Shown in pieces: positions 53,479 through 61,504 of a DNA stretch of 61,504 bases. Location: contig DASQUP010000144.1 in the NCBI GenBank assembly GCA_035641235.1, positions 1 to 61,504 of the forward strand, written 5' to 3'. Origin of the DNA: Actinomycetota bacterium (GTDB lineage Bacteria; Actinomycetota; CADDZG01; WHSQ01). A program made the position numbers and the translations under genes. Every line of letters starts with the position of its first letter. The first letter of the stretch is position 1. Under the pieces are notes generated by a model. That model was not told the DNA's origin. It ran no database searches and saw only the letters and a list, made by a program, of their open reading frames with translations.

Positions 53479-54564
53479 TTGGATCCAGAGCAGATCTATC
53501 AGGAAGTGCTACAGGAAGAGCAGGGCAAGGGAAGCAGCTCGCCGGTCGCCGAGGGCCGCGCCAAGGCGGCGCGCCAGAGGGCCATCGAGGGGTCACCCCA
53601 TCCGAAGGAGCCGAAGTGGTGGCCTGGGTCCCAGCCGCAGTTCGAGGGCGGTGAGGCAGCGGCGCCGGCCGAGGCCCCCGCCGAAGAGGTAGTGGAGGCC
53701 GCTCCGGCGGCCGAGGAAGCTCCGGCCGAGGCTCCCGCTCCCGCCGCCGAGGCTCCCGCTCCCGCTGCCGAGGCACCGGCTCCCGCCGCCGAAGCACCCG
53801 CGGCGGAAGCACCCGCGGCGGAAGCACCCGCGGCGGCTGCACCCGCGGCGGCTGCGCCCGCCGAGGCCCCCGCCCCGGCGGCTCCTGCGGAGCAACCAGC
53901 TGAGGCCGCTCCGGCTGCTGCTGCTACGGTTCCTCCCGCCGAGACGGTTGGGGTGTCTCCGGGACAGCCCGGGGGAACGCGGCTCCGACCCGAGGACGCT
54001 GTGACACCGCAGGCGCAGTTCGACGGCCAGGCCGCGATGCGGGAGCGCCGCAAGATGATCGACGAGTTGGTGGCCACCGGCGTGCCGGCCGTAACGGCGG
54101 CCCGGGCCGGGCGAGAGCGGTCGCCGATGCTGTCGGTGCTGCTCCTTATCGTTCCGCTCGTCGCCGTTCTGATCCTTGTTGCGCAGTACGGGGACGGGGA
54201 GACTTCCGCAGGAGGCGGCGGAGGCGGCGGCGGTGAGAACGGCGAAGGCGGCGGTGGAGGCGGTGGTGGAGGCGGTGGTGGCCTCACCGTCACGGCAAGC
54301 AACGTTCAGTTCGACACCGACCGGATCGAGCTGACCGCCGGCGAGGAGACGGCCATCGAGTTCGTCAACGACGACCAGCTCGTGCACAACATCGCGATCT
54401 ATCCCGACCAGGCAGCGGCGGACAGCCAGAGCGATGCGCTCTTCGACGGCGAGGACATCACCGGGACGACGGTCACCTATCAAGTGCCGGCAATTGAGGC
54501 GGGCGAGTATCCGTTCCAGTGCGACACGCACCCGGCAATGAACGGCACGACGGTAGTGCAGTAG
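53479..54564 (+). CDS. membrane-anchored cupredoxin with N-terminal conserved module, Ala/Pro/Glu repeat linker and poly-Gly linker
   Basis: TTG start. The N-terminal 40 aa are homologous to the subunit IV N-terminus. EAPAPAA/EAPAA tandem repeats, one TM, a G-rich tract, then a cupredoxin with H (LVHNIAIY) and C-x2-H-x2-M (QCDTHPAM). Confidence 0.8.
   Translation: MDPEQIYQEVLQEEQGKGSSSPVAEGRAKAARQRAIEGSPHPKEPKWWPGSQPQFEGGEAAAPAEAPAEEVVEAAPAAEEAPAEAPAPAAEAPAPAAEAPAPAAEAPAAEAPAAEAPAAAAPAAAAPAEAPAPAAPAEQPAEAAPAAAATVPPAETVGVSPGQPGGTRLRPEDAVTPQAQFDGQAAMRERRKMIDELVATGVPAVTAARAGRERSPMLSVLLLIVPLVAVLILVAQYGDGETSAGGGGGGGGENGEGGGGGGGGGGGGLTVTASNVQFDTDRIELTAGEETAIEFVNDDQLVHNIAIYPDQAAADSQSDALFDGEDITGTTVTYQVPAIEAGEYPFQCDTHPAMNGTTVVQ
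53728..53850 (+). repeat. in-frame tandem repeats (3 x 21 nt, then 4 x 15 nt) encoding EAPAPAA / EAPAA
   Basis: gaggctcccgctcccgccgcc x3 (53728-53790), then gaagcacccgcggcg x3 plus gctgcacccgcggcg (53791-53850). Confidence 0.85.
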
Positions 54565-54568
54565 CACC

Positions 54569-54622
54569 CCGGCGCGCCGAACACTCCCGGCGCGCCGACC
54601 ACTCCCGGCGCGCCGAAAACCT
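54569..54622 (+). repeat. 3 x 18-nt tandem repeat
   Basis: ccggcgcgccgaacactc / ccggcgcgccgaccactc / ccggcgcgccgaaaacct. Immediately 3' of the cupredoxin stop and running into the type B hairpin. Confidence 0.8.
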
Positions 54623-54666
54623 ATGTACACCACACGACAATCCTTGTCGTTCTGTGTACACAGGTT
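54618..54666. repeat. nested double hairpin, type B copy at the 3' end of DUF559 gene 2
   Basis: AACCTATGTACAC cac ACGACAA tcc TTGTCGT tct GTGTACACAGGTT. Ends 3 nt before the minus-strand stop at 54670. Confidence 0.7.
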
Positions 54667-54669
54667 CGA

Positions 54670-55608
54670 TCAGAGCGTGCGTGCGAGGGCGCGCCGGAGC
54701 CGGTTGGCAACGCGATCGGGGTGGCGCTCGATTTCGCGAAGCGTCGTTTGGATGATGATCCATCCGAGGCTTGCGAACTCGCTGATGCGCGCGCGGTCCC
54801 GTTCGAACGCGGCTCTGCCCGAGTGCCATTCGAACGAGTCGGCCTCGATTCCCACAAGGACCTCCGGATAGGCGAAGTCCAGGCGAGCGGGTCCGTAGTC
54901 CGGAAGCGTCACCCAGTGCTGGAATACCGGCTGTGGGAAGCCGTAGCGCCGCCGCCACTCATTGACCAGCGTCTCGAGTTCGGTATCGGTCATCGCTCGA
55001 TCCGGATCGCGGTCGTCGAGGAACTCGTTGAGCAGAGTGAGCCCGGGCAGCCTCATGCTCCTCAATTCCTCGGCGCGCCGGCGAAAGGCAGCGGGGGAGG
55101 CCCCCCTTCGAAGCGCCTGATCGAAGGCCATCTCCGCGGTCCGGTTCTCAACCTGGCCACAGAGGTCAATGACGGTGCGGCAAAGACCAGTCGTGGGGAG
55201 GGAGCCGAGTCGGGTTACGTCTCGAGCCTCCAGGCTGCCGCACCTCCGGGCGATGATCTTGGATCCGGCTCGGCGGAGGTTTCGCGGGCTCGAGATCTCC
55301 GGAGGATCCCACCGTCCACCGGCGAGATCCCAAGCTGCGGCCGCGCAGCGCCCGTACACCACCGCCTCGGGGCCCCCGTACAGAACTGCCGCCATGGCCC
55401 GTTGTTCGCGGGTGGTTGGCGTCCCCGCCTGGCGGAAGACGGAGGGGTGGAGTACCTCCCACCGACCGGTTCGGATTCTGTAACGGATCATGCGGGGAGT
55501 CATCCCCGCCCTCTGTGCCTGCCTTTCGTGGATGACGCCGAACTGGGACCGCATGATTGCCACACACTCGGCTTCGGCCCGATGGTTGACTTCCGCGTCC
55601 AGGGACAT
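54670..55608 (-). CDS. AbiEi-like wHTH plus DUF559 endonuclease-fold protein, paralog 2
   Basis: ORF 54670..55707. ATG at 55608 (MSLDAEV...) is preferred by alignment with paralog 1. C-terminal DFAYPEVLVGIEADSFEWH...RARISEFASLGWIIIQTT. Confidence 0.8.
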   Translation of the reverse strand: MSLDAEVNHRAEAECVAIMRSQFGVIHERQAQRAGMTPRMIRYRIRTGRWEVLHPSVFRQAGTPTTREQRAMAAVLYGGPEAVVYGRCAAAAWDLAGGRWDPPEISSPRNLRRAGSKIIARRCGSLEARDVTRLGSLPTTGLCRTVIDLCGQVENRTAEMAFDQALRRGASPAAFRRRAEELRSMRLPGLTLLNEFLDDRDPDRAMTDTELETLVNEWRRRYGFPQPVFQHWVTLPDYGPARLDFAYPEVLVGIEADSFEWHSGRAAFERDRARISEFASLGWIIIQTTLREIERHPDRVANRLRRALARTL

Positions 55609-55684
55609 TGGGTGATCAAGCCACGCAACCGAACCTCGAGCTGTGGCGCGCGCCACTTTTTCGGAAAAAATCCTCGGTCCGCCA

Positions 55685-55733
55685 GACCTGTGTACACAAA
55701 CCGACAATCCTTGTCGTCCTGTGTACGCAGGTC
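55685..55733. repeat. nested double hairpin, type B copy at the 5' side of DUF559 gene 2
   Basis: GACCTGTGTACAC aaac CGACAA tcc TTGTCG tcct GTGTACGCAGGTC. Same orientation and about 85% identical to the 54618 copy. Confidence 0.7.
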
Positions 55734-55792
55734 GCGGCGCGCGCCGGGCGCGTCCAGGTGAGCTTTGGTACTAAACTCGCTCTCGCAGGGGC

Positions 55793-55810
55793 TCGTGAAA
55801 ATTTTCACAA
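55793..55810. promoter_or_regulatory. Rex operator (ROP) upstream of the geranylgeranyl reductase-nuo operon
   Basis: TCGTGAA-AATT-TTCACAA matches 17 of 18 positions of TTGTGAA-N4-TTCACAA. Lies 47 nt upstream of the GTG at 55857. Confidence 0.7.
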
Positions 55811-55856
55811 GCGGGCAGCTCGCTCGACCGACTCGAACTTGGAGGGGCGCGAGGAC

Positions 55857-57089
55857 GTGTCAATCGAAGTCGACGTTGCGGTCGTTGGTGGTGGACCGGC
55901 CGGCGCCGCCGCGGCGCAATACCTGGCGACGCGCGGGCACTCCGTCATCGTCTGCGAGAAGAAGACCTTCCCTCGCGAGAAGACGTGCGGCGACGGCTTG
56001 ACCCCCAGGGCGGTAAAGACCCTCGACGAGATGGGACTCGGCCGCGAACTCGCCGAGTGGGAGCGCGTCCGGGGTCTGCGGGTCCACGCCGCCGGCCGCA
56101 CCCTGGAGCTCGAGTTTCCAGAACTCGACGACTGGTGCGACTACGGGCTGGTAAAACCACGCAAGGACCTCGACAAGATCGTCCTGGACAATGCCGAACG
56201 CGCCGGAGCAAAGGTGCTGTACGGCACGCAGGTCACCGAGCCCCTGTTCCATAAAGGCGTCCTCACAGGCCTCCGTGCCAAACGGAACGACGATGTCGAA
56301 GAGATCAACTCCACCTTCGTGGTGTGTGCCGAGGGCGCCGCGACCAAGTTCGCCCGGTCGCTCGGGCGCGACCGCAACGAGAAGTACCCGATGGGACTTG
56401 CCGTGCGGCAGTACTTCAACTCGCCAATGGAGCACTCGGGATGGTTCGAGGCATACCTCGACATCCGGACCGGCCCCGAAGCGGTCCCCGGATACGGATG
56501 GGTCTTCCCCGTCGGGGACGGAACCGTCAACGCCGGCGTCGGGCTCCTCTCGACGTACGGAGGATGGCGCTCGGTCAATCTCCACCACCTGCAAAACGGA
56601 TTCATCGAGCAGCTCCCGAAAGACTGGGAGGTCAACACCGAAACGGTCGCGTCCCGCCCCCGCGGTGGCCGCCTCTTCATGGGAGGGAGCGTGTGGCCCC
56701 CGCACGGCCCCGGATTCCTGATCGCCGGTGACGCAGCCGGAATGATCAACCCGTGTAACGGCGAGGGCATTGCGTACGGATACGAAACCGGACGAATGGC
56801 GGGGCGCCACATCGACGAGGCTCTGCGAAACGGCCGCAGCCCCTCTCTGGTCGACTACACGGATGAACTCAAGCAGCAGTACGGCCCCTACTACCGCTTG
56901 GGGCGGCGCTTCGTGAAGCTCATCGGGTACCCCACGATCATGGAGAAGCTCGTGTCCGCGGGCATGCGATCGAAGGCCGTCATGAGCTTTGCTCTGACAC
57001 TCCTTGCGAACCTTGAGGACTCGCGCGTCGACAACGTGGAACAGAGAGGATTCTGGTTCCTTAAGAAGCTGGCGGAGTTGAAGCCGTGA
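55857..57089 (+). CDS. geranylgeranyl reductase family FAD-dependent oxidoreductase (MenJ-like)
   Basis: GTG at 55857 with GGAGG upstream. VAVVGGGPAGAAAA FAD motif and CGDGLTPRA. Stop overlaps the nuoA GTG. Confidence 0.88.
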   Translation: MSIEVDVAVVGGGPAGAAAAQYLATRGHSVIVCEKKTFPREKTCGDGLTPRAVKTLDEMGLGRELAEWERVRGLRVHAAGRTLELEFPELDDWCDYGLVKPRKDLDKIVLDNAERAGAKVLYGTQVTEPLFHKGVLTGLRAKRNDDVEEINSTFVVCAEGAATKFARSLGRDRNEKYPMGLAVRQYFNSPMEHSGWFEAYLDIRTGPEAVPGYGWVFPVGDGTVNAGVGLLSTYGGWRSVNLHHLQNGFIEQLPKDWEVNTETVASRPRGGRLFMGGSVWPPHGPGFLIAGDAAGMINPCNGEGIAYGYETGRMAGRHIDEALRNGRSPSLVDYTDELKQQYGPYYRLGRRFVKLIGYPTIMEKLVSAGMRSKAVMSFALTLLANLEDSRVDNVEQRGFWFLKKLAELKP

Positions 57090-57457
57090 CGCTGCCGGCC
57101 TATCTTCCGATTCTCTTTCTAGTCGTACTCTCGACGCTGTTCGCCGTCCTGTCGATGCTCGTCGCGGCGCGCCTATCACCTAAGAAGTGGACGAGTTCCA
57201 AGCTCGACCCCTACGAGTGCGGGATCGTGCCGGACGAGAGCACCGCGACCGAGCGCGAGCGGTTCCCGGTCAAGTTCTATTTGATAGCGATGCTGTTCAT
57301 CATCTTCGACATCGAGACGGTGTTCCTCTACCCGTGGGCAGTTGCCTACGACGAGCTCGCGCTGTTCGGCCTCTACGAGATGCTTGCATTCATCGGCATC
57401 CTCGTGGCCGCGTATGCGTACGTGTGGAAACGAGGAGGCCTCGAGTGGGCGGAGTGA
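57086..57457 (+). CDS. nuoA: NADH-quinone oxidoreductase subunit A
   Basis: 123 aa, 3 TM, YECG and FDIE motifs. Confidence 0.92.
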   Translation: MTLPAYLPILFLVVLSTLFAVLSMLVAARLSPKKWTSSKLDPYECGIVPDESTATERERFPVKFYLIAMLFIIFDIETVFLYPWAVAYDELALFGLYEMLAFIGILVAAYAYVWKRGGLEWAE

Positions 57458-57936
57458 GCGACACAATCGGGGCGAACTTCGTGACCGCGCAGCTCGACAA
57501 GGTCGTGAACTGGGCGCGCAAGTCCTCGCTGTGGCCGGTTACCTTCGGGCTTGCCTGCTGCGCCATCGAGATGATGGCCACAACGATGCCTCGCCACGAC
57601 CTTGCACGTTTCGGCATGGAGGCTTTCAGGGCATCGCCGCGGCAGGCCGACTTGATGATCGTCGCCGGCCGCGTGTCGCAGAAGATGGCTCCGGTTCTCC
57701 GTCAGATCTACGACCAGATGACAGAACCCAAATGGGTCATCTCTATGGGTGCGTGTGCTTCAACGGGGGGCGTGTTCAACAACTACGCATTGGTTCAGGG
57801 GGTCGACCAGATCGTTCCGGTCGACATCTATGTCCCGGGTTGCCCGCCGCGTCCGGAGATGCTGATCGACGGAATCATGTTGCTGCACGAGCGCATCAAA
57901 CGCGGCGAGTACCAGTCCGGCAGGGTATCGGCATGA
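57454..57936 (+). CDS. nuoB: NADH-quinone oxidoreductase subunit B
   Basis: GTG at 57454 overlaps the nuoA TGA. N2 cluster cysteines in [17 protein letters not shown] and GCPPRPE. Confidence 0.92.
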   Translation: MSDTIGANFVTAQLDKVVNWARKSSLWPVTFGLACCAIEMMATTMPRHDLARFGMEAFRASPRQADLMIVAGRVSQKMAPVLRQIYDQMTEPKWVISMGACASTGGVFNNYALVQGVDQIVPVDIYVPGCPPRPEMLIDGIMLLHERIKRGEYQSGRVSA

Positions 57937-57952
57937 GGACGGGCCTCGGCTA

Positions 57953-58465
57953 GTGGGAACGACCTGGCTGCAGGCCGACGAATGGCTTGAGCGCGCCCGC
58001 GCCCTTGCGGACGAGGGCTGGGAAGTGCGCGACCTCGCAGGCGTCGACACATCGGGCCTTGAGGGATTCGAAAGCCGGTTCGAGATCGTGCTCCAGATGC
58101 TGCACGCGGAGCGCAAGGAGCGAGCGACTCTTCACGTGACGGCGACGGGCGATCCTCCCACCATTCCCTCTGTCGTGGACCTCTGGCCGACAACCAACTT
58201 CATGGAGCGCGAGGCGTACGACATGTTCGGCATCGTTTTCGAGGGGCATCCCAACCTCACGCGCATCCTCATGCCCGATGAGTGGGAAGGTCACCCGCTG
58301 CGCAAGGATTACGGAGTCGGCAAGGTGCCGGTCGAGTTCAGACCCCAACCTTTCCTGCAGATCGAGACTCCGGGCCAGGCACCCAGCTCCGAGGATGCCC
58401 GCCGCGAGGTAGATCGCCTCGGACAGGCAGTCCCCGTGCCCGAATCGGGGCCGGAGCAACGATGA
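57953..58465 (+). CDS. nuoC: NADH-quinone oxidoreductase subunit C
   Basis: FMEREAYDMFGIVFEGHP signature. Confidence 0.92.
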   Translation: MGTTWLQADEWLERARALADEGWEVRDLAGVDTSGLEGFESRFEIVLQMLHAERKERATLHVTATGDPPTIPSVVDLWPTTNFMEREAYDMFGIVFEGHPNLTRILMPDEWEGHPLRKDYGVGKVPVEFRPQPFLQIETPGQAPSSEDARREVDRLGQAVPVPESGPEQR

Positions 58466-59703
58466 GTAAAACCCAAGCGGTGGTCGAGGCCGTAGAGGCC
58501 AAAGGTCACGGCGCGTTCGTCGAGTCGTACGACGAACTCGAGGAGCGCATGGTCATCAACATGGGTCCCGTCCACCCGGCCACCCACGGTGTCCTTCGGC
58601 TTCTGCTCGAGCTCGACGCCGAGACCGTCCTCGATTGCCGGCCCATCATCGGCTACCTCCACACGGGGATGGAGAAGGAGTGCGAGGACCAGAACTGGCG
58701 CGGCGCGGTAACCATCGTTACGCGTATGGACTACCTGGCGCCGTTCTTCAACGAGCAGGCGTATTCGTTAGCCGTTGAAGAACTCCTCGGAATTGAGGTC
58801 CCCGAGCGGGGTCAGTACATCCGCATGCTGATGACGGAGCTCAATCGCTTGTCGTCCCACGTCGTGTGGTTCGGAACGCAAGGTCTCGACATGGGCGCAA
58901 TGTCGGCGATGTTTTATGGGTTCCGAGAGCGCGAGCTGATTCTTGATTTCTACGAGATGGTCAGCGGACTCCGGATGAACCACAACTACATCATGCCGGG
59001 AGGCGTCTGGGAGGACCTCCCCGATGGATGGGAGAAGGTCATCGAGGACATCCTCGATGTGCTTCCACCGCGCGTGCGTGAATACGAGGAGCTCCTGAGT
59101 CTCAATCCGATATTCCTGGAACGGACGAACGGGGTCGGCGCAATCTCCAAGGAGGAGGCTCTGGCTCTCGGCGCGACGGGACCCATCGCCAGGGCGGCGG
59201 GAGTCGATTGGGATCTGCGGCGCGACATGCCGTACGAGGCCTACTCGGACCTCGAGTTCGACGTACCGGTTGAAACCGCCGGGGACGTCTACGCGCGCTA
59301 CAAGGTGCGGATGGTGGAGATGCACGAGTCGCTTCGGTTGATTCGGCAGATCGTCGACCGTATGCCCTCCGGCGACTACAAGAACATGGACCCGAAGCTG
59401 ACGCCGCCTCCGCGCGCCGAACTCAACCGGTCGATGGAGGCGGTCATCCATCACTTCAAACTCGTGACCCAGGGGTACACGGTTCCGCCGGGCGAGACCT
59501 ATGCAGCAGTGGAGTCGCCTCGCGGCGAGCTCGGCGTCTACGCGATCTCCGACGGTGGGACGAGTCCCTACCGCGTGCACGTGCGCGACCCCTCGTTCGT
59601 GAACCTGCAGGCGCTTCCGACGATGGTCAAGGGGCAGCTCGTCGCCGATCTGATTGCGTCGATCGCATCGATCGATCCCATCCTCGGTGGTGTGGACCGA
59701 TGA
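58462..59703 (+). CDS. nuoD: NADH-quinone oxidoreductase subunit D
   Basis: ATG at 58462 (ATGA overlap). INMGPVHPATHGVLRL and the C-terminal IDPILGGVDR. Confidence 0.93.
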   Translation: MSKTQAVVEAVEAKGHGAFVESYDELEERMVINMGPVHPATHGVLRLLLELDAETVLDCRPIIGYLHTGMEKECEDQNWRGAVTIVTRMDYLAPFFNEQAYSLAVEELLGIEVPERGQYIRMLMTELNRLSSHVVWFGTQGLDMGAMSAMFYGFRERELILDFYEMVSGLRMNHNYIMPGGVWEDLPDGWEKVIEDILDVLPPRVREYEELLSLNPIFLERTNGVGAISKEEALALGATGPIARAAGVDWDLRRDMPYEAYSDLEFDVPVETAGDVYARYKVRMVEMHESLRLIRQIVDRMPSGDYKNMDPKLTPPPRAELNRSMEAVIHHFKLVTQGYTVPPGETYAAVESPRGELGVYAISDGGTSPYRVHVRDPSFVNLQALPTMVKGQLVADLIASIASIDPILGGVDR

Positions 59704-60407
59704 CACACGGCAACGGATCGCAGGCCCCCGTTCTCAACGACGACCTTCGCGACGTCGCCCAGCGCCTCATAGCGCGATACCCCAACAAACGATCGGCCGT
59801 TCTGCCTCTGCTGTTCCTGGTCCAGTCCGTTGAGGGTTACGTGACGGAGGCCGGAATGAGGGAGGTGGCCGGCCTTCTCGGCCTGACCTCTGCTCAGGTT
59901 CTCGCCGCCGCGAGCTTCTACACCATGCTCAAGAAGAAACCTCAGGGCGAATACCTCGTGTCGGTGTGTCGCAACGTCTCGTGCACCCACCGTGGGGCGC
60001 GCAAGCTCATCCCTGCCCTCGAGGAACATCTCGGCGTAGAGACCGGCGGGACGACGGCCGATGGAAAGTTTTCGCTCGAAACGGCCGAGTGCCTTGCCAC
60101 GTGCGACGGCGCCCCGGCCATCCAGGTCAACTACGAGGACTTCTACAACGTGACGCCGGAGCTGGCCGTCGAGATCTGTGAGCGTCTGGCGCGCGGTGAA
60201 GAAGTTCGGGGAGAGCGCGGCGATCCCGTGTTGACCTCGAAGGAGATCAGCTACCAGACGGCCACGACCGGGGTCCGCATTCCGTCGGGCGAGGTGGCTC
60301 CCGAACGGACCATCGGCGGGGAATCGCCGAGAGCCGACACGGCCCCCGGATTCAGGCCGAAGGAGCCCGGCACCGACGGCGAAGGAAACGGAGCCGCAAG
60401 TGGCTAG
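59700..60407 (+). CDS. nuoE: NADH-quinone oxidoreductase subunit E
   Basis: 2Fe-2S cysteines in VCRNVSC...ECLATCDGAP. Pro/Gly-rich C-terminal tail. Confidence 0.92.
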   Translation: MTHGNGSQAPVLNDDLRDVAQRLIARYPNKRSAVLPLLFLVQSVEGYVTEAGMREVAGLLGLTSAQVLAAASFYTMLKKKPQGEYLVSVCRNVSCTHRGARKLIPALEEHLGVETGGTTADGKFSLETAECLATCDGAPAIQVNYEDFYNVTPELAVEICERLARGEEVRGERGDPVLTSKEISYQTATTGVRIPSGEVAPERTIGGESPRADTAPGFRPKEPGTDGEGNGAASG

Positions 60408-60417
60408 CGAAGTCCTC

Positions 60418-61504
<1,087 letters not shown>

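Noticed and set aside
53417-54633. ORFs 53417..53842, 53499..54302 and 53593..54633 (minus), including a PRVLPPRVLPPRVL repeat and poly-Pro tracts
   Set aside because: They are reverse-strand or out-of-frame readings of the Ala/Pro and Gly repeat DNA of the cupredoxin gene. The plus-strand frame ends in a clear cupredoxin domain.
55860-57179. 439-aa minus-strand ORF
   Set aside because: It is antisense to the well-supported geranylgeranyl reductase and nuoA genes. It is a typical high-GC shadow ORF with no motifs.

Overview
High-GC (about 65%) chromosomal segment from an Actinomycetota-type genome. Markers are mshA for mycothiol, a WhiB-family regulator, the 33-aa ribosomal protein bS22, MarP, Rex and an actinobacterial gene order. 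I found no rRNA, tRNA, CRISPR array, transposase or integrase. Positions 1-27.9 kb are housekeeping genes: mshA, proline dehydrogenase/proC, aldehyde dehydrogenase, AcuC-like deacetylase, MarP, M29 aminopeptidase, excisionase-type HTH, bS22, WhiB, a galE-like epimerase plus acyltransferase pair, Crp, TlpA-CcdA and rex-hemACDBL. From memory, parts of this follow the order of the M. tuberculosis mshA..hemL..ccdA region. Positions 27.9-61.5 kb form one large respiratory cluster. On the minus strand lies a near-continuous gene string: a TlpA/CcmG-like redoxin, an extra oxidase subunit III, a System I cytochrome c maturation set (ccmE-F-H-I-like, ccmA-B, ccmC-D) and a b6-type Rieske/cytochrome b operon. 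On the plus strand are a caa3-type oxidase operon (ctaCDEF plus two ctaG paralogs and a cupredoxin), ctaB/ctaA, a polyprenyl synthase, another cupredoxin, a geranylgeranyl reductase and nuoA-F, with nuoF running off the window. Many cistrons are coupled by 4-nt GTGA/ATGA start-stop overlaps. The most unusual points are listed here. (1) The Rieske/cyt b operon is split b6 plus subunit IV and keeps the heme-ci cysteine. It encodes a soluble 2x[4Fe-4S] ferredoxin directly upstream of cyt b6, plus uncharacterised membrane partners. (2) A conserved ~40-aa N-terminal module followed by an Ala/Pro-rich linker is shared by subunit IV and a membrane-anchored cupredoxin. (3) The Ccm system is a variant: CcmE has Cys/Phe (AKCPSKF) in place of the heme-binding His/Tyr, and CcmH has SPFC in place of CxxC. 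(4) Two DUF559/AbiEi-like endonuclease genes interrupt operons and are associated with nested double-hairpin repeats that recur at gene ends across the window. Several short genes absent from the ORF track were recovered by reading the sequence (bS22, a CcmD-like gene, a small lipoprotein-like ORF and the open-ended nuoF). All functional calls rest on motif recognition by eye and need HMM or BLAST confirmation.
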